NCBI GenBank assembly: GCA_947624115.1
Contig: CANQIS010000001.1
Span: 1 to 58,825, forward strand
Direction: 5' to 3'
Source of the DNA: an uncultured Bacilli bacterium
GTDB taxonomy: Bacteria; Bacillota_I; Bacilli_A; RF39; UBA660
DNA length: 58,825 bases
Shown: piece after piece, positions 57,380 to 58,825 of the stretch
How the letters are laid out: each line of letters opens with the position of its first letter
How positions within the stretch are numbered: position 1 is the first letter of the stretch
The notes under the pieces: generated by a model
The model's input: the letters and a program-made list of their open reading frames with translations, nothing else
The model's database searches: none
What the model was told of the DNA's origin: nothing
Position numbers and translations under genes: made by a program

Positions 57380-58274
57380 GTGGCTTATATGACAAATAAA
57401 TCAGAAAATAAGATAGTAACTAAAGTTCTAAATGATAAATATACTGATAATACTTTTGAAAGTATAAAACATTTAGATGATTATGAAAATGAATATTGGT
57501 ATGCAAGTGAATTGCAAAAAGCATTGGATTATAAAGAATGGAGAAATTTTAAAAAAGTAATAGATAAAGTAATAGTATCAGCAAAAAAATAGTATTTCAA
57601 ATAGGGAAGATTGGGTTGTTGAAGTCAACAAGCCAATAAAAACTGGTAAAGGAAAAGAAGAAATTATTAAAGATTATAAATTGCCTAGATATATATGCTA
57701 TCTTATAGTGCAAAATGCTGATCCAAGTAAAGAAGTTGTTGCTTTAGGACAAACTTACTTTGCCATTCAAACAAGAAAACAGGAAATTACAGAGCAAGAA
57801 TATGAAACTTTATCAGATGATGAAAAAAGGTTTTATCAAAGAAAGCTAACTAGGCAAGGCAATTATACGCTTCAAAAAGTCGCTTCATCTGCTGGTGTTA
57901 AAAATATGGCAGAATTTCATAATGCAGGTTATAGAGGATTATATAATGGTGAAACAGCTGATGATATTTTTAAAAGAAAGAAATTACGTTATAGAGAAGA
58001 TATATTAGATAATATGAATGAAGATGAACTAGTGGCTAATCTATTTAGAATAAATCAAACAAAACAAAGATTAATACGAGATAACGTAAAGGGTGAGAAT
58101 AATGCCAAGGCTGTTCATTATGAAGTTGGTAGAAAGGTACGAAAAGCTATTCAAGATATTGGTGGAATGATGCCTGAAGAAATGCCAACACCGACAAAAA
58201 GTTTAAAAGAACTTGAAAAAGCAAAGAAAAAATTAGAAAATAAGAAACAAGAAAAACTTGAAGAAGTTAAATAA
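57380..58274 (+). pseudogene. dinD: DinD-like, copy 2, frameshifted in an A7 run
   Basis: The N-part ends at TAG 57590-57592. The continuation NSISNREDWVVEVNK...RYICYLIVQNADPSKE is in the next frame. One additional A in 57583-57589 restores a single ORF. Confidence 0.7.
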
Positions 58275-58292
58275 TTTATGGAAGTGATAAAA

Positions 58293-58367
58293 ATGAATGA
58301 AAATAAAACAAACATCAATTGTGCGATACGGATTTATGGAAACACTACTAGAATTCCTTATAAATAA
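58293..58367 (+). CDS. Micro-ORF (24 aa) inside repeated element, copy 2
   Basis: MNENKTNINCAIRIYGNTTRIPYK; GGAAGTGA RBS-like sequence upstream. Confidence 0.25.
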   Translation: MNENKTNINCAIRIYGNTTRIPYK

Positions 58368-58427
58368 AGGAAATTTTCTAAAAAATTTTTACATTTTTAA
58401 ATAAATATTGTAAAGGAGATGACAAAA

Positions 58428-58825
58428 TTGGCAAAAGATTTAATTATAAGAAGTAGTAGTGCTGAGTTTATTATTTTTGAAAGACAAACTCATGATAAAG
58501 GTATTCAAGTTCGATTCGAAGATGGAGATTTATGGTTGACACAAAAAGCAATTGGGGAACTATTTAATACAACGAGAAACAATATAACAATGCATATTAA
58601 TGAGATTTATAATAGTTATGAATTGAACGAAACTTCAACTAGTAAGAAATTCTTACTAGTTCAAAATGAAGGAAATAGACAAGTAAAAAGAAATATTCAA
58701 TATTATAATTTGGATATGGTAATATCTATTGGTTATCGAGTAAATTCTGATAGAGCAATTCAATTTCGTAGATGGGCAACTAATATATTAAAAGAGTTTT
58801 CTAAAAAGGGATATATTATTGACAA
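58428..58825 (+). CDS. rhuM: RhuM-family protein, 3'-truncated by the window edge
   Basis: TTG 58428 nine nt after AAAGGAG (ATG 58419 is also in frame). ..LWLTQKAIGELFNTTRNNITMHI..ISIGYRVNSDRAIQFRRWATNILKEFSKKGYIID is typical of RhuM. Confidence 0.75.
   Translation, partial: MAKDLIIRSSSAEFIIFERQTHDKGIQVRFEDGDLWLTQKAIGELFNTTRNNITMHINEIYNSYELNETSTSKKFLLVQNEGNRQVKRNIQYYNLDMVISIGYRVNSDRAIQFRRWATNILKEFSKKGYIID

Noticed and set aside
54344-58398. The repeated ~85-nt elements as integron attC sites or as ends (IR/att) of a mobile element.
   Set aside because: No integron integrase or transposase is present. The elements are direct rather than inverted copies, and I could not see the R''/L''-L'/R' internal symmetry of attC sites. 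The idea is kept only as a low-probability alternative in the finding.
40000-58825. The island as a prophage or integrative element.
   Set aside because: No integrase, recombinase, capsid, terminase or tRNA attachment site is visible within the window. Bro-N, DinD and RhuM genes alone do not define a prophage. The right boundary lies outside the window.

Overview
Very AT-rich chromosomal segment (by eye well under 30% G+C; not computed) from a low-GC Bacillota-type bacterium. It appears to be spore-forming: PolC, a PrsA lipoprotein, and Cse60-like and YjcZ-like micro-genes are present. The standard genetic code applies, since TGA ends intact genes and Trp is TGG throughout the long ORFs. Nearly all genes are on the + strand.

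Layout:
- 0.2-24 kb: housekeeping genes (clpC, rpsU, yqeY, tdk, polC, recX, prsA, prfA-prmC, T-box-like leader + glyQS, rplS, lepB). A double-glycine bacteriocin locus interrupts this at 3.8-6.8 kb. Its two precursor genes are too small for the ORF track.
- 24-36 kb: envelope and accessory genes. These include a transglutaminase-like protein plus a ClpX-like AAA+ protein, a 1268-bp tandem duplication of an orphan pilin-like gene, a YtrA-type GntR/ABC operon, an XRE/DUF4097 pair, and TetR with membrane proteins.
- 36.7-40.0 kb: a tight five-gene operon. It encodes a Cys/Gly-tailed protein, GTP cyclohydrolase I, a tandem active/degenerate deaminase, a TehB-like methyltransferase and a PNPOx-fold protein. 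It matches no FolE-dependent pathway I know and is my best candidate for an undescribed system.
- 40-58.8 kb: an accessory/defence island anchored by an intact four-gene Wadjet (JetABCD-like) cassette at 44.7-52.7 kb. It is surrounded by Bro-N, ASCH, UDG, SWIM and two DinD genes that all carry stops or frameshifts, plus Ham1-like, M3-like peptidase and RhuM genes and a repeated ~85-nt element with a conserved micro-ORF.

No rRNA, tRNA, CRISPR array, transposase or integrase was recognised. All family assignments rest on motif recognition from memory, not on searches.
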